Source of the DNA: Malacoraja senta
Taxonomy: Eukaryota
Reading direction: 5' to 3'
Assembly (NCBI GenBank): GCA_038087875.1
Contig: JAXLNO010000357.1
Span: forward strand, 1 to 64,000
Length of the DNA: 64,000 nucleotides
Shown here one piece after another: positions 25,300-38,552 of this stretch (position 1 is its first letter; each line of letters begins with the position of its first letter). Both the position numbers and the translations under genes were made by a program. Below the pieces are notes generated by a model. It was not told the DNA's origin. It was given only the letters and a program-made list of their open reading frames with translations, and made no database searches.

Positions 25300-25493
25300 A
25301 AAGCCAGAGTTTTACAGACCAATTTAAAGGGGGCCAGGGGGACAATTTTTTCTGACAGATGGAGGTAGATATGTGGAACAAGCCACCAAAGGTTTTTAGA
25401 CGGATACATGGCTAGTAAATGTTCAGACCAATATAGGACAAATGCAGTCAAACGGGACCAGCTCAGTTAGCCAACTTAGATGAGTTGAGCTGA
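25300..25493 (+). mobile_element. Degenerate CR1 3' end, tail continuing at 25803-25822
   Basis: gtggaacaagc...gctgaagggcctgt, with tatgactctatg tail after the MITE. Confidence 0.6.
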
Positions 25494-25802
25494 AGGGCCT
25501 GTCTCACTTATGCGACTTTTTCGGCGACTGCCGGTACCTGTCATAGGTCGTTGCAGGTCGCTGAAAATTTTCAACATGTTGAAAATCCAGCAGCGACCAG
25601 AAAGACGCTACCACTGTTTGGGCGACTGAGGAGACTACTCACGACCATACAGGCCTGTATGGTCATGAGTAGTCGCCCAAAGAGTCGTACCTTGTTCTGG
25701 TCGTCGCTGGATTTTTAACATGTTGAAAATTTTCGACGACCTGCACGACCTATGACGGGTGCCGGCAGCCGCTGAAAAAGTCGCGTAAGTGGGACAGGCC
25801 CA
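25494..25802. mobile_element. Palindromic Harbinger-type MITE
   Basis: About 310 bp fold-back centred on catacaggcctgtatg; ends agggcctgtctcactt / aagtgggacaggccca; right flank TAA. Confidence 0.85.
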
Positions 25803-25839
25803 TAACTCTTATGACTCTATGTAAGGTCCATCAGTTTAA

Positions 25840-26950
25840 AGGGCCTGTCCCACTTTCACGACCTAATTCACAACCTTTTTTACTCGTGGACATTTTTCAT
25901 CATGTTGAAAAACGCCCCGACCTACTTGATGCCACGAGTACCTACGACTTGGCGGCGCGACTCACGTTGCAGCGGCCTCTGCAGTCCGTCTGTCTTTTTT
26001 TTTTTTTTTTTTCGTTTTGAGTTTTGTATAGTGTATAGTTTTTTTTTTTTTTAACTGGGTATGTGTGGGGGGGCGGGGGGCGGGGGGTGGGGTGGGGAAA
26101 CTTTTAAAATCTTTTCCCTGCGCGGGAGACCCGACCTTTCTCTGTCGGTTCTCCGTTGTCGTTGGGGCCTAGCACCGTGGAGCGGCCTCCAACCGGAACG
26201 ACCTGGGGCTCCAGTCGCGGAGCCTGCGGACTACTCACCATCGTGGAGCTGGCCAAGTTCGGAGCGGGAGGAGCTGTGGTGGCGCGCTGCTGCTACCCGA
26301 CCCCGGAGATTCGGAGGCTTCAGCCGCAGGTCTGGTAGATGGTAACATCGGGAGCTCGCGGGTCCATGGTGGGAGACCGCTTTTTGGGGCTCCCGCAACG
26401 GCAACTACTCCCGCCCGAGTTGCGGGGTTGGGGATGACCTGGAGCGGGGTCTGGCAACGCCCGGCGCGGCATTGGTGGCCGTGGGACTTGCTGGCGCTAC
26501 CGGGGGCTACAACATCAGGACCCGGAGCGTGGCCTTGCATCGCCCGGCGCGTCTTTAATGGCCGCGGGACATATTTACCATCGCCCGCCGGGGGCTTTGA
26601 CTTTGACATCGGGAGGAGAATGGGGAGTGCAGGGGAGAGATATGACTTTGCCTTCCATCACAGTGAGGAGGAGATTCACTGTGATGGATGTTTATGTAAA
26701 TTGTCTTGTGTCTTGGTTCTTTTTACTTGTTTGTATGACTGCAGAAACAGAATTTTGTTTGAACTTAGGTTCAAATGACAACAAATAAATATCTATATAT
26801 CTATCTATCTATCTACCTACGACTAGCATCACAACCTCCCTCGACCTCTCTCGACCTACCTATGACCTCGTGATGACCATGCTGCGACTATGAGTCAAGG
26901 GCAAACTCGGCAGAGGTCGTGAATTTGGTCGTGAAAGTGGGACAGGCCCT
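25840..26950. mobile_element. Harbinger-type MITE interrupted by a retroposon
   Basis: TIRs agggcctgtcccactttcacgacc / ggtcgtgaaagtgggacaggccct; TWA flanks (taa, tta). Confidence 0.85.
25950..26813 (+). mobile_element. About 860 bp non-coding GC-rich retroposon with Rex1-type tail
   Basis: Exact 11 bp TSD tacctacgact (25939-25949, 26814-26824); aatgacaacaaataaa then (tatc)n; no RT ORF. Confidence 0.8.
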
Positions 26951-27254
26951 TTAGGATGCTTTTCCATCATGAGAACCTCTGGTTTTGCAGCACTGATGAT
27001 AAAATGAGTCCAGCATGCTGATCGCTGCCACTGCTGCAAGCCCAGTGTCCCTCAGGAGTAGGTGTGCCAAGCACATCAAAACAGGCCATTTTATTGTGTT
27101 GCCAGTAAGTTTCAATTGCATATAGTAATTGATTAAAGTCATATGCGGTAATATTTCTATATTCTGACTCAAGGCTCTTGTGGGGTGGTCTCATAACATT
27201 TGCAGTGTTTAATGTGGTGTATGGATGTAAGTTATGTTGCGACTGTTGTCAATA

Positions 27255-27530
27255 GTTTAGTTCCGATGTGCACCATGGAAACCAGCCCTTTGGGCCATCG
27301 AGTCCACGTAGACCATCGATCACCCATTCACAATAGTTCCAGGTTATCCCATTTTCACATCCACTTGCTACACACTAGGGGTGATTTACAGAGGCCAATT
27401 AAGCTACAAACCTGCACATTTTGGGGATGTGGGAGAAAACCTGGAGGAAATTCACGCAGTCACAGGGAGAACGGGCAAACTCCACACCGACAGTACCATG
27501 TTGCAGCTCTTGAACTAAGCTCCCTGTACC
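27255..27530 (-). mobile_element. V-SINE, diverged
   Basis: Reverse-complement tail and central domain. Confidence 0.8.
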
Positions 27531-28572
27531 TGTAAACTATTGAAAATAACAGTATAGGCAAATATTACAAAACTCAGCAAAGTCTGGTATAGTTCTACAG
27601 CTGTAGGTGCAGCTGTGACACAGAATGTATCGAGCATTTTTTTTCAGATCTGCAAAACCCACCAGTACTGATCAATGTTATAAAAAGGAAGGGACTTCAG
27701 TCTGAATTTCTTTCCACAGATGCTGACTGTTTCCAGCATTTTCTGATTTTAATTTCAGGAATCCAGCATCTGAACTTTTTTTAATTTATATTTAAGATGT
27801 AAGAGGCTTGTATTTCTTGCAAAATGTGGATCCAGCCTTTCCTAATTATTCAACAGCCTGAAATCTGAATTTAATAGGAAATACTTTACCCAATAAATTA
27901 TATCAACTTTTCTTTGATGAATTTTTAAATCCCAGCAAAAAGTGTGACATTCACGTCCTCAGCAGAGGTCGGGAAAGGTTAGTTACAATTAATTTAAATC
28001 AATTTATTTCATCAGGCTATCTATTATATTTTAAATCACTGAGTGTTTCAAATTATTTGGATTAGGTTAATGCCCTCTGGCAAAGAGTTTGGTTAAGGAA
28101 GCTAAATATGAAATGTAGACTTCTGCATAAAATGTGCTTAACTTGAATGTGTCAAAGATAATCTAATTGCACAGCAGCTCTGAAAATAATGAATATTATT
28201 TAATATTTTCAGTTTTGATAAAATTCTAATGTACTAATTATTTGCATTAAATGAACTGAAGATGCTGCAGGATGAAATTTAATGAGTTTCACTGATGACA
28301 TTATTCTTCAGATTTATTGTCATAGACGGAATTCAATAATTACGTGGGCCAGATCATGCTAACTTGTAATTGGTAATCCCAACCAGAACTGATGGCCCTG
28401 CACTGTCCGTGTCTCACCTTGTCTCAGACTTCTCAAGTTTAATGAAATGCATTACCATTGCACCACATCATGTTGTCTCTTATGTCATTATCCCCCCCTT
28501 CATTTCTCCTTGCATTAAGACACCCCTACTTTGATTCATAGTTCCCCACTTGATCATTGCATCTCACTTCCA

Positions 28573-28892
28573 TTGGTGGTGCAGCTGGTAGAGCCACTGC
28601 CTCATAGCACTAGAGACCAGGTTCGATCCTGACCTCGGGTGTTGTCTGTGCACTCAAGGCCAGGAGAGATTGCCCGCTTTCCCTGTGACTGCGTGGGCTC
28701 CTGGTTTCCGGTTTCCACCCTCATCCCAAAGATGTGTGTTTGTAGATTAATTGGCCTTTGTAAAATTGGCCCTAATGTGCAGGGAGTGGATGAGAAACTG
28801 CGGCGACGTTGAACTAGTGTAATGGCTGATCGATGGTCAGCATTGACTCAGTGGGCCAAAGGGCATGTTTCCATGCTGTATCTCTACACTAA
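28573..28892 (+). mobile_element. V-SINE
   Basis: ggtggtgcagctggtagag...gttcgatcc; gggccaaagggcatgtttccatgctgtatctc tail. Confidence 0.85.
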
Positions 28893-29431
28893 ATGTTCTC
28901 AGATAAGCCTGAATTTGATTGCTTCCTTGTATCAGTCCCCTTTGATCTTTACCTGTTCACCACCAAACTCAATCTGTTTCGGCCTTTGAAGGATGCTCTC
29001 TCTCACTTAATTTACATCTGCGCTCTCAAAATTTTGATTGCCTTGGACTTTGATGCTTAATTCACCACATTTCTACAAATCATCAAACAAAAATCCCAAT
29101 AGTCTTCAAATTAACAAGGTCTTTCACACTAGGATGGCAGAGACAAGGGTAAAATCAAGCAGTATGAGAGAGAAGATTTCATTCTTGTCTCAGCCAGCCT
29201 GCTGCTAAAGGCCTCATTTATTCTGTTGCTCCCTCTATATGTTACTAGTGCAACACAATCTGAGCTGTGCTTCCAGCAAATAAGGTCATCTAAATCTCTA
29301 TCTTAACAGTCCTAAATTGCAGGGAGTCCTTTTCATACAATTCCTTTGTGCTACTGATACTCAATGGGATCAATTTTAAAATTATCATCCTTGTTCTGAA
29401 ATTCCCCATGACCTCTCTGTTGTCTTTGTCT

Positions 29432-29985
29432 CAATAGTACTTTATTGTCTCATGTAGCTAAGTACTGCGAATTCTTTTTTTGCATGCAGTTCAGTAAAAA
29501 ATGTACTATACAAAGGAACAATAAGTATAAATAGGTATAAGAGTATAAGAATATAAGATTAATAGAATTCACTGAGAGAAATAAAAAGGCCGTCACATTT
29601 CTGCCACCATTTTGCATGATTCAAGTTCAAAGTTGTTAACAATGTAGAGCCTTAACTTTGCCTATATAGGCCTGTGGTCCAGGCAGCAGCACTGGGTTAG
29701 AGTTGCAGGGGCCGTCCTGGCCAGGAGATGTTGTTGGTGTCCTCCGCTGCTCCATGCGCTGCAGGCTGCATTCGATTTGTGCGTTCATCCACTTGGAGCA
29801 GCATCCGATCTAATCAAGCGCCAGGGTGTTGAGGCCCTCGAATGGCTCACTTCACCAACGGCTCAATCTGGACAAATCCCTCCACAAATGTGCTGTCCCT
29901 CACCTCACAAGACCACCGTTCTGACTCCGTGCCCTGGACACCTCCCGCAGCCAACTTTGGAACTCTCGGAGCACTCCAAGATTAT
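29432..29985 (-). mobile_element. Non-coding retroposon with Rex1-type tail, old
   Basis: Minus-strand gacaataaa tail near 29440; GC-rich 5' body. Confidence 0.5.
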
Positions 29986-32900
29986 TCCTTACAGATATAT
30001 ACATATACACATAAATATATACTGTATCTCAAAGCAATCTGTGCCCTTTCAATTCTGAACTCTTGAGATTCTCCCCCACTCCCCCAAGTTACCCCAGCCT
30101 CACTCATTTGACCTAAATACTTGACAGTCAGGTCTTCAGCTATCATCCACTTCTCCACATCTTTTACCTCCTTTTGCCTGAGGACTTACCCATCCTTCCA
30201 CCCAAAGCTCTTTATGTGGCCCAATATCAAACTTTGTCTGCTGATACTTGTTTGAAGTGGTTTATAGATTTTCTAATGACCACACCATTTACGGAGAAAA
30301 CAAACTAAGCATCTCCTTCGGTAATTCGTATTATAAACTACAAGACTATCAAGATGATGTCGAAGTATGATTCCCTGTCTAATCCAACCAACATTTTGCA
30401 ATCCTAATTCTGCAAAATCACACATTTATCAAAATTTCCCATAGGGAAAAAAAAACACGAATTTGAATTTGATAAGTACTTACGGCAATTTCACATACTT
30501 TGAATATTTTCAGCTTTCAAAAAAAAAATTGGGGCATGCAAATATAGCAAGTATTGCCATGACAACCATAAAAATTATGAATATTGTCAAAGGAAGATTC
30601 AATATGGAAAAGCTGCCTTGTGATGTAATATGTATCATGACAACTGCAAACATCTATTATACTCATGAAGCCAGGTGCTGAATGCTCACGTGCTCATCGA
30701 TACTGATGAACCAAAGATGGCTTGCTATGACCTATAACATTTACAATTGACTGAACAGATTAATATTTTAGCATTTCTTGTGTATATTTTGGCATCAGAT
30801 AAAATTTAATTACCATTTTTGAACACAACATTCTGTGCCACAGTGTTAGCAACATTGAACATAATTAACAATATCCTTCCTCAAGCAATGAGACATCAAT
30901 ACATGTTGACACAAGGAACTGCAGATGCTGCTTTACAAAAAAAGACACAAAGTGCTGAAGTAACTCAGCAGGTCAGGCAGTATCCCTGGAGAACATGGAT
31001 AGGTGATGTTTTGGGTCGATACATCAAAGCACGTTTACTTCTTGAGAGATGAAAGAATTAATAATTTAATTCAAGCTTCTAGGTCATCAATCTACAAAAC
31101 AGCTACAAGACTTACACAGGCATTCTTCCTTTCATTTTTTTTACATACTGTTAATTGTACCAAATCATCCCTTAAATATTAGTAACTTTGAGTAGCTTAC
31201 AACAACTTTGTAGTATGAAAAAAATGTGGGTCCATATAGTCCAACTGATGTTGGAGACATAAAATGTAGAGGTAGGAGGTATGAAATGAAGACAGAAAGG
31301 TGACATTATTCAGTGGGTCGAACAGCATCCGTGGGGAAAGAAACAGAATTCATGTTGCAGGTTAGCGACATTTCATGAGAAGTAGGAAAAGTTATACAAA
31401 TTGAGTGTGTTTTAATTTGCAAAGAAGGCAGAGGGAACAATGAAAATGCTTGTAACAAGATGGATATTTAAACAGATTAAAGGACAAAAATAGATAAAGC
31501 AATGAAATTGTGAAGGTCTACTACTCCCAACTAATCTGTCTGAAGAAGGTGTAAATGAACAAAAATCAATAAGGAAAAAGAGAAGAAAAAAAATACTATT
31601 AACCATGCGAATCGAAGCTTTGCTGTGCAGCAATCCGATATAAAAGAATGCTGGAAGTAGGCAGCAGATCAGGTAGCATCTGGCATCTGATATTACAGCT
31701 TTAATATATCACAGCTAAGGTCCTGTCCGATTCAACAGTATCCATGAGCTAGTATCTAATTCAGCTCCACCCATTGTGGACAATGGACTTTGTTTCTGGT
31801 ACTGATGTGCTACAATGCTCAGAACTATATTCTGCACTCTGCTTCTTCCCCTTTGCTCTATCTATTGTACTTGATTATATTTATCTATAGTATTAGCTAA
31901 TCTGTTTGGATAGCATGCAAAACAGAACTTTTCACTCTACCATTACACGAAACAATAATGAACCTAAACCTAAGCCTTGTGACAGAGGATCTTATGTGAC
32001 AAGGTGTAACCCAGTGATCGGGACAATGGGTTGAATTTACTTTTAATGCAGAAAGTCTTGAGGTCCTGATCACATCATTGGACATAGCTTGTTTAATAAA
32101 CCTCTTGACTGCCGTTGGAAAGCCAAAAGGTACAGATGCCTGCAAATTGCACAGGATAACATGCAGGAATGGGGTAGAAATCACAATCGCCCAGTTTTAG
32201 CTCTTCTTCACCTAGTTCCAGCACATTGGAATAGGTTAAAATTACCGTTTGTTAGTTCTATTCATTACTTCCCTTGTTCTCCCTGTTAACTTGCATCTCT
32301 TGTACAAACTGCAACTAATCCATTTTTTTCTGCCATTGGAATTTAATTTAAAATAGTCTATTTATACCTCCTCCTGTTCCATCGTCTTGGCACCCAGTGA
32401 TTAACAATTGATCAAACAACTTTCAAGGGGAGGTAGAGTATGGCTTTCAGGGTCAAACTTGCAATTTGTGTTGTACAAGTCAAGCCTTCAGCTGAAGCTT
32501 TAGACCACCAGAGAACTCATGAATTTTGATTAAGACTGAAATGAATTGGAACTGTCCCATGAAAGCTAATTTATTAGATTAATGAGGTTAGTAAGCTACT
32601 TGCATTTTATGTTATTCAAAAATAACAATGAAATTAAAGGGCTCAAATACATTCAAGCCTACACCATTCATCTGTATTCCTGACATTCCTTTCTTCTTGC
32701 GATATTATAGCCACAGATTGATACTGAGCCCAGGAACCAGGTTGAAAAAGTACATATGAACAAAATGTAGTGAATGTTAAGAAAAAGTCTCAGTGATACT
32801 AATTTGTTAATCAGATTGTAATTTATTTGAAGATCTGTTACTTTCCAGATAGTTCTTGCTTAAATGCATAAACAATCACTTGATATGCATACATTCAGCT

Positions 32901-33384
32901 AAGATACAAATGTCATCCTAAGGTTTAATGAACTCCCTGCACTGTTACGTTAGGAAGTAATGATAATGGTGATGATAATGACTAATTGTTTATTTTAATG
33001 CAGTGCCATTATGTATTAGCAACATACATCATCACTAACAGGTTGACATGTAATTTAAAATGTGTTTTAGTTTGCTTGTTCAACTGAAAAAAGGCAGCGG
33101 ACATGTTGAACTATCTAGGAAACAGAAATGTATTGGATAATCTGAGTCTATGATGCAAACATTTGCCAGTTTAACAAACATACTATAAATTATTTCATTA
33201 GTTTGCTAAACTAACTCTTAAAAATAATCTCAAGGGCTAAGCCTTGCTGACTGATAGCTAACTATTCACTTCAGAACCAAAGGCTATCAGTTGCTTGCAT
33301 CTCAGAAAGTTTTTGGTCCACAATGCCCCAATGTGGACACACCTGACCATCCTTTCCAGCACTGTACTCAACATTGATATCAGA

Positions 33385-33565
33385 GGGGAAGCAGACCATC
33401 ATGGATGCAGCCCTGCCCTCCATAGAAAATATCTGCATGGGGTGCTGCCTCAAGAAAGTGGCATCTATATTGAAGGATACACATTATTCAGCCATACCCT
33501 CTTCTCGCTTCTACCATCAGGCATGGGTTACAGAAGTACCTCACCACCAGGTTCAGGATTAGCTT
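33385..33565 (+). mobile_element. Degenerate Rex1 RT C-terminal fragment
   Basis: LPSIENIC...CLKKVASILKD and HTLFSLLPSG. Confidence 0.75.
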
Positions 33566-33699
33566 CTCACATCGCCACTGGATGTTACCTGCTCCAACTT
33601 ACTGGATGGCTGTCAGATGCCAAGGGCAGTCATTTGGCCCTCTGCATCTGGAAAAGCTGGGGTGGTGGTGAACACGAGGAAGGATTGAAGTGTTGTGTA

Positions 33700-34172
33700 T
33701 AAAAGTGAGGAAGTCATGTTGCAACTGTACAAAACATTGGACACTCCACATCTGCAGTATTGTAAGCTGCTCTGGTCACCAATTTACAGGAAGAATATGA
33801 AGGATTTGAAGAGGGTGCAGAAGAGATTCAGCAGGAGGTTGCCTGGATGAGAGAGTATTAGGTAAAAGGAGGGGTTGGACAAGCTTTGATTACTTTCTCT
33901 GCAGCATCGAGTCTGAGGGGCGACTTGATAGAAATATTTAAAATTATAAGAATTATAGCCTGGAACATGCTGCCAGGGAAAATCATGGAAGCAAATAATA
34001 TCATAATGTTTAAAAGGCATTCAGACAAATACAGGAACAGGCAGGGAATTGAGGTATATAGAGCATATGGAGTCAGATGTGTAGTTTAAATTGGCATCAT
34101 GGTTGCAGGGATATCATGGGCTGAAAGTTTTTTTCCGGTGCTGTCTGTTCGATGCTCCATGTTCTATGTTCT
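33700..34172 (+). mobile_element. Degenerate CR1 3' fragment
   Basis: LRGDLIEIFKII; ttctatgttcta tail. Confidence 0.8.
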
Positions 34173-34946
34173 AAACTTAGCCTCCAGATAGCTTATAATG
34201 GAAAACCAGAACCCAAACGGATGTTATAATAAATACCTCCATTTTTCTCCCCAAATTTTCAAGTTAATGTTGGTTTGAATCTTACAAAAGATCTTGACGA
34301 TCTTGTAAATTGTAGGAAATAACAACATGAACATATTTTTAGAAAGGTTTCAAATTTTCTTGCAATAGATATTGTAAAAGAAGGGTTGTACTGGTGGGAT
34401 GATTAAAGAGTGTTGTGCTCCGTAGCAATTGCATTAAAAAAGCTGGAGTTGATAAAATTGCACTTTAGAACACTGACAACCACATTGCAATAGTCTGAAA
34501 TTCTTCCTTAACTATGGCTTGCACCTAATTAAAATAAACGAGTTAAGAACTCATTACTTTGACAGGAGGATGTTTAACATGTTCTACTGTGAACGTCCTA
34601 CTGTGTAATTGTAGAGCATGGTTTGCACTTTTAACAGCTGTGTTATTGGGACGACTGTGCTTCATTGTGACTGGCAGTTCCACGGGGAACCATCGCCCAT
34701 CCACCTCCTGTTGTTTCAGCACATCTCCGCAGGACAGTGGACACAAGCGCAGATAGAACTGCTGATTTGTCACTGACACAGCAGACTTCTCGCTCCTCTG
34801 CTGAACTCAGAGTCCCAGAACATACTGAGATGTGGCTCCGGGTGCACTTCAAGCTTGGTCTGTCATCTTTACACCAGCCAAGCGTAAGGAAAAGCAGAAG
34901 CCTCATTTATGGAACCAAGTACTTCAGAAAAAGTTACATTCAGTTC

Positions 34947-35240
34947 TAGTTTTTAGTTTTAGAGATACAGCGTGGCAACAGGCCCGTTGGTCCGCTGACC
35001 AGCTATCACCTGTACACTAGTTCTATCCCCAAGGCCCTAAGGGGCAATTTACAGAAGCCATGTGGCCGACAAACCTGTATGTCTTTGGAATGGGAGAGGA
35101 AAACAGAACATCCGGAGGAAACCTAAGTAGTCACAGGGAGAAGGTACATACTCCACACAGACAGCACCCAAGGTCAGGATCGAACATGGGTCTCTGGCGC
35201 TGAAAGCCAGCAGCTCTACCGCTGCACCACCGTACCAGCC
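34947..35240 (-). mobile_element. V-SINE
   Basis: Minus strand ggtggtgcagcggtagag head and ctgtatctctaaaactaaaa tail. Confidence 0.9.
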
Positions 35241-35662
35241 CATGAGGTAGAGAGCAAGAAAAAAGACACAAAGTGCTGAAGTCAGTGAGCCCGGCAGCAT
35301 CCCTGGAGAACCTGGACAGGCGACGTCCTGGACCCCGCTTTAATGTATTTCAACAATTATTATATATTTTTGAATGGCAGAGACATTTAAAGATTGTTTT
35401 AATCTGTAAAAGGACAGCAGTACAGTGCTGGGACAGGGCTTTAGGCTCCATCGCCCTAGACCTTGTTATCTTCTGGAAGGGCTGTGGATTTGTGGCCTCC
35501 ACATGTCACATTCCATGAGTGTCATAGCAGGTGTCATATGGTGAGAGCCTAATTGAAAGCAGAGAGATGGATCAAGTCTGATCTGGCCCAATATGTTATA
35601 GCTCAAGAGAAAAACGCACCATCATTTACAACCAGATGAATCTAGATATTTAGATTACATGC

Positions 35663-35935
35663 TGCACAGTGGCCCAGCTGGTAGAGCTGTTGCCTCACCA
35701 CGCCCAAGATGCAGGTTTGATCCTGACCTTGGGTGCTGCCGGTGTGGAGTCAGCATGTTCTCACTGCTTCCTCCTACATCCCAAAGACGTACAGGTTTGT
35801 AGGTTAATTGGCCTTTGTAAAATTGCCCCTAAAATGTAGAGAGTGGATAGGAAAGTGAGATGACATAGAACTAGTGTGAACGGCTAATTGATGGGTGGTC
35901 TCAGTGGGCCTACTTCCATGCTATATCTCTAAATT
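35663..35935 (+). mobile_element. V-SINE, internally deleted
   Basis: gtggcccagctggtagag head; tatctctaaa tail. Confidence 0.85.
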
Positions 35936-36675
35936 AAAATGTATTTGTAACAATTTTCACACGTGGGACAGTAACCAACTATTACCTTGTTTTTATTCAT
36001 TCTTAATTATATCTGCCATATGTTGTTATAATGATGTATATGAAACCATCCAATTCCCCCATGTGCATTTTTAGCTCAGATTACTAACTGATATCTAAAT
36101 TAAGTTCCAAGTGGAAGTGCATTGCCCTGGGAATACTTCACTGACAGCTTAAAGACAGAACAATTGCATCCAAATGAACCTGTTCAGATTACTTAATGAT
36201 TCAAGTTAATACATTACATTTAACAGTTAAATTTCTCTATGTGTTTCACAGGAATATTAACACTTTAAATTTGACAGTAAAGACTTACAGTTGGTTACAT
36301 AAACTGCTGACCACGAAATGGCAATGAAGTAGATTCTCTATGTGGAATAAACCATGAAACGATTATTGCATCAAATGCAGGTGAACCCTCATCTATGTAA
36401 CAGAAATTCATCAATTACAGAATTCACAAATCATTACCCAGAAATTTGAGACATGGAAATTATCTGACAAGAAACTTTTCTCAAACTTACATTTGAAAGG
36501 CAAGTTGCAAGATGCAAAGAACTTGCATTAATTACATTCAAAATGCAAAAACTTGCATTTCTTGATACATAAACAGATGACACATGTTTGCATTATGGAA
36601 AATCACAACATGGACCATTTTCTAGGAATGCAATTTCCCCCGAACACAGGGCTTACCTGTAAGAGCAAATACATA

Positions 36676-36771
36676 GGTACACAAAAATGCTGGAGAAACT
36701 CAGCGGGTGCAGCAGCATCTATGGAGCGAAGGAAATAGGCAACGTTTTGGGCCGAAACCCTCCTTCAAACC
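36676..36771 (-). mobile_element. 96 bp Penelope-derived mini-insertion
   Basis: Exact 15 bp TSD aagagcaaatacata (36661-36675, 36772-36786); eroded hammerhead core. Confidence 0.9.
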
Positions 36772-38255
36772 AAGAGCAAATACATACTTGTAAGTCTATT
36801 GTGCTACGTCCATCATGTAATGGTACATAAACCATTCCATAGCCTTACATGACAATCTACATGCAAGATCAATACACCTGTTTCTGCTGCTTTTGGTTAA
36901 AGAATGACTAATGGTCATGCAATTGGGATCATTCTTCTTTCAATAACACACTTCTTTTTTCATGTTCCCCTTAACAGGGAGTTGAGATATTATTTTAAAC
37001 GTTCTTTGAAGTATGGCATTTCCATCAATGCTCTCAGTACCATGGCAGAACTTCAACCTACCAATCTCTGCTTTAAAAATACCCTGACATGGCCTCCACA
37101 ACCACCTGTGGCACCAAATTCCACAGATTCACCAGCCCCCTGGCTGAAGAAATTCCTCCTCATCTCCACTCCCAATATTTTATTCCATTCATTATAATAG
37201 AATTAAACTTCAGCATCTGCTTAGATGAATTTGCTTCCCCCAGAAATTGAGCTATCCATAAACTTCCATTGGACTGTAACAAAAACTTTACTTAATGATA
37301 GAATTAACATGACCCCAATTTGCAATGCCTGTCAAGTCAAACTAAGGCATAGTCCCATACAATTCGATACCACAGCGTTAATGAAAAAGCCACAACTCTC
37401 ATCAAGGGCTCACTAATTAAACACCACCTTATCTCGCCACGATGCTTTCTGACAAAACCGACTGATAGTTGTGATTAATGAGTTTCGCAAGCTATCACTT
37501 AAAAAGAAACTGTGTCTATTCATATTCAGGAGTTCTCAGTCAAGACAGGAACTGCTATTTGCATGCAATGTGCCAGAGAGGAGATAAAGAAATAAATGTT
37601 GATTGGCAAGCGGAGGTAATTTGTTCAATTGACTCAGCTAGATCAGGAATTGAGTAACTACTGATCTCAAAGACAGAGGAATGACAAGCAAAAGTGAACT
37701 TCACAAGAACAACTTTTCAAGTTGGAACAGTTCTTATCAGCTTCATTTTTATTATCTCTGCATCAATGTTTCTCCTGGCCTTAGAAATTTCCCATAGAAA
37801 ATATTTGCCTGGGAAATGTGAACTTTTTAACATTTTGCATCTGTGTGGCTCTGTTAACAAAAATGGTATAAGTGTGCTTATTCTACCTACCCGGCTTCGT
37901 TTATCACCTTCTTTACCTATCAGTGTCTGCAGCCTCTTGTGCCTCTACATTTTACCCTCCCTGCCTCTGCCTCCACTCTCCTATCCCCCAACCTGGTTCC
38001 CTCACTGCATATCTGTCTCTACCTATCACCCAGCAGCCCCTACATCCCAACTCCACACATCCTCCCCCACCTTGCTCCATCTGCCCATCATTCCCCCACC
38101 TCCATTTGTCCAACTCATACAATTAATCATTTAATCTACTTTGATTTCAGTGAATACATGGCACTGGAATTGCCACCTTCCCAAAAAGTGCACACAATTG
38201 TTAACTGCCCTCCCGTGTCTATAACAATTCCTTTTAAGAACCTGGACCATTATGT

Positions 38256-38552
38256 ACGGTGGCGCAGCGGTAGAGTTGCTGCCTTGCAGCGAATGCAGAG
38301 CTGGAGACCCGGGTTCGATCCCGACAATGGGTGCTGTCTGTACGGAGTTTGTACATTCTCCCCGTGACCTGCGTGGGTTTCCTCCGACACTCCACAGACG
38401 TACAGGTTTGTAGGTTAATTGGCTTGGTGAATGTAAAAATTGTCCCTCGTGGGTGTAGGATCGTATTAATGTGCAAGGATCGCTAGTCGGCGCGGTCCAG
38501 GTGGGCCGAAGGGCCTGATTCTGCGCTGTATCTCTAAACTAGACTAAACTAA
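38256..38552 (+). mobile_element. V-SINE, young
   Basis: ggtggcgcagcggtagag, gggttcgatccc, gggccgaagggcctg, (taaac)n. Confidence 0.92.

Noticed and set aside
38256..38330. tRNA genes
   Set aside because: A and B boxes run into the SINE body and CR1 tail; these are SINE heads
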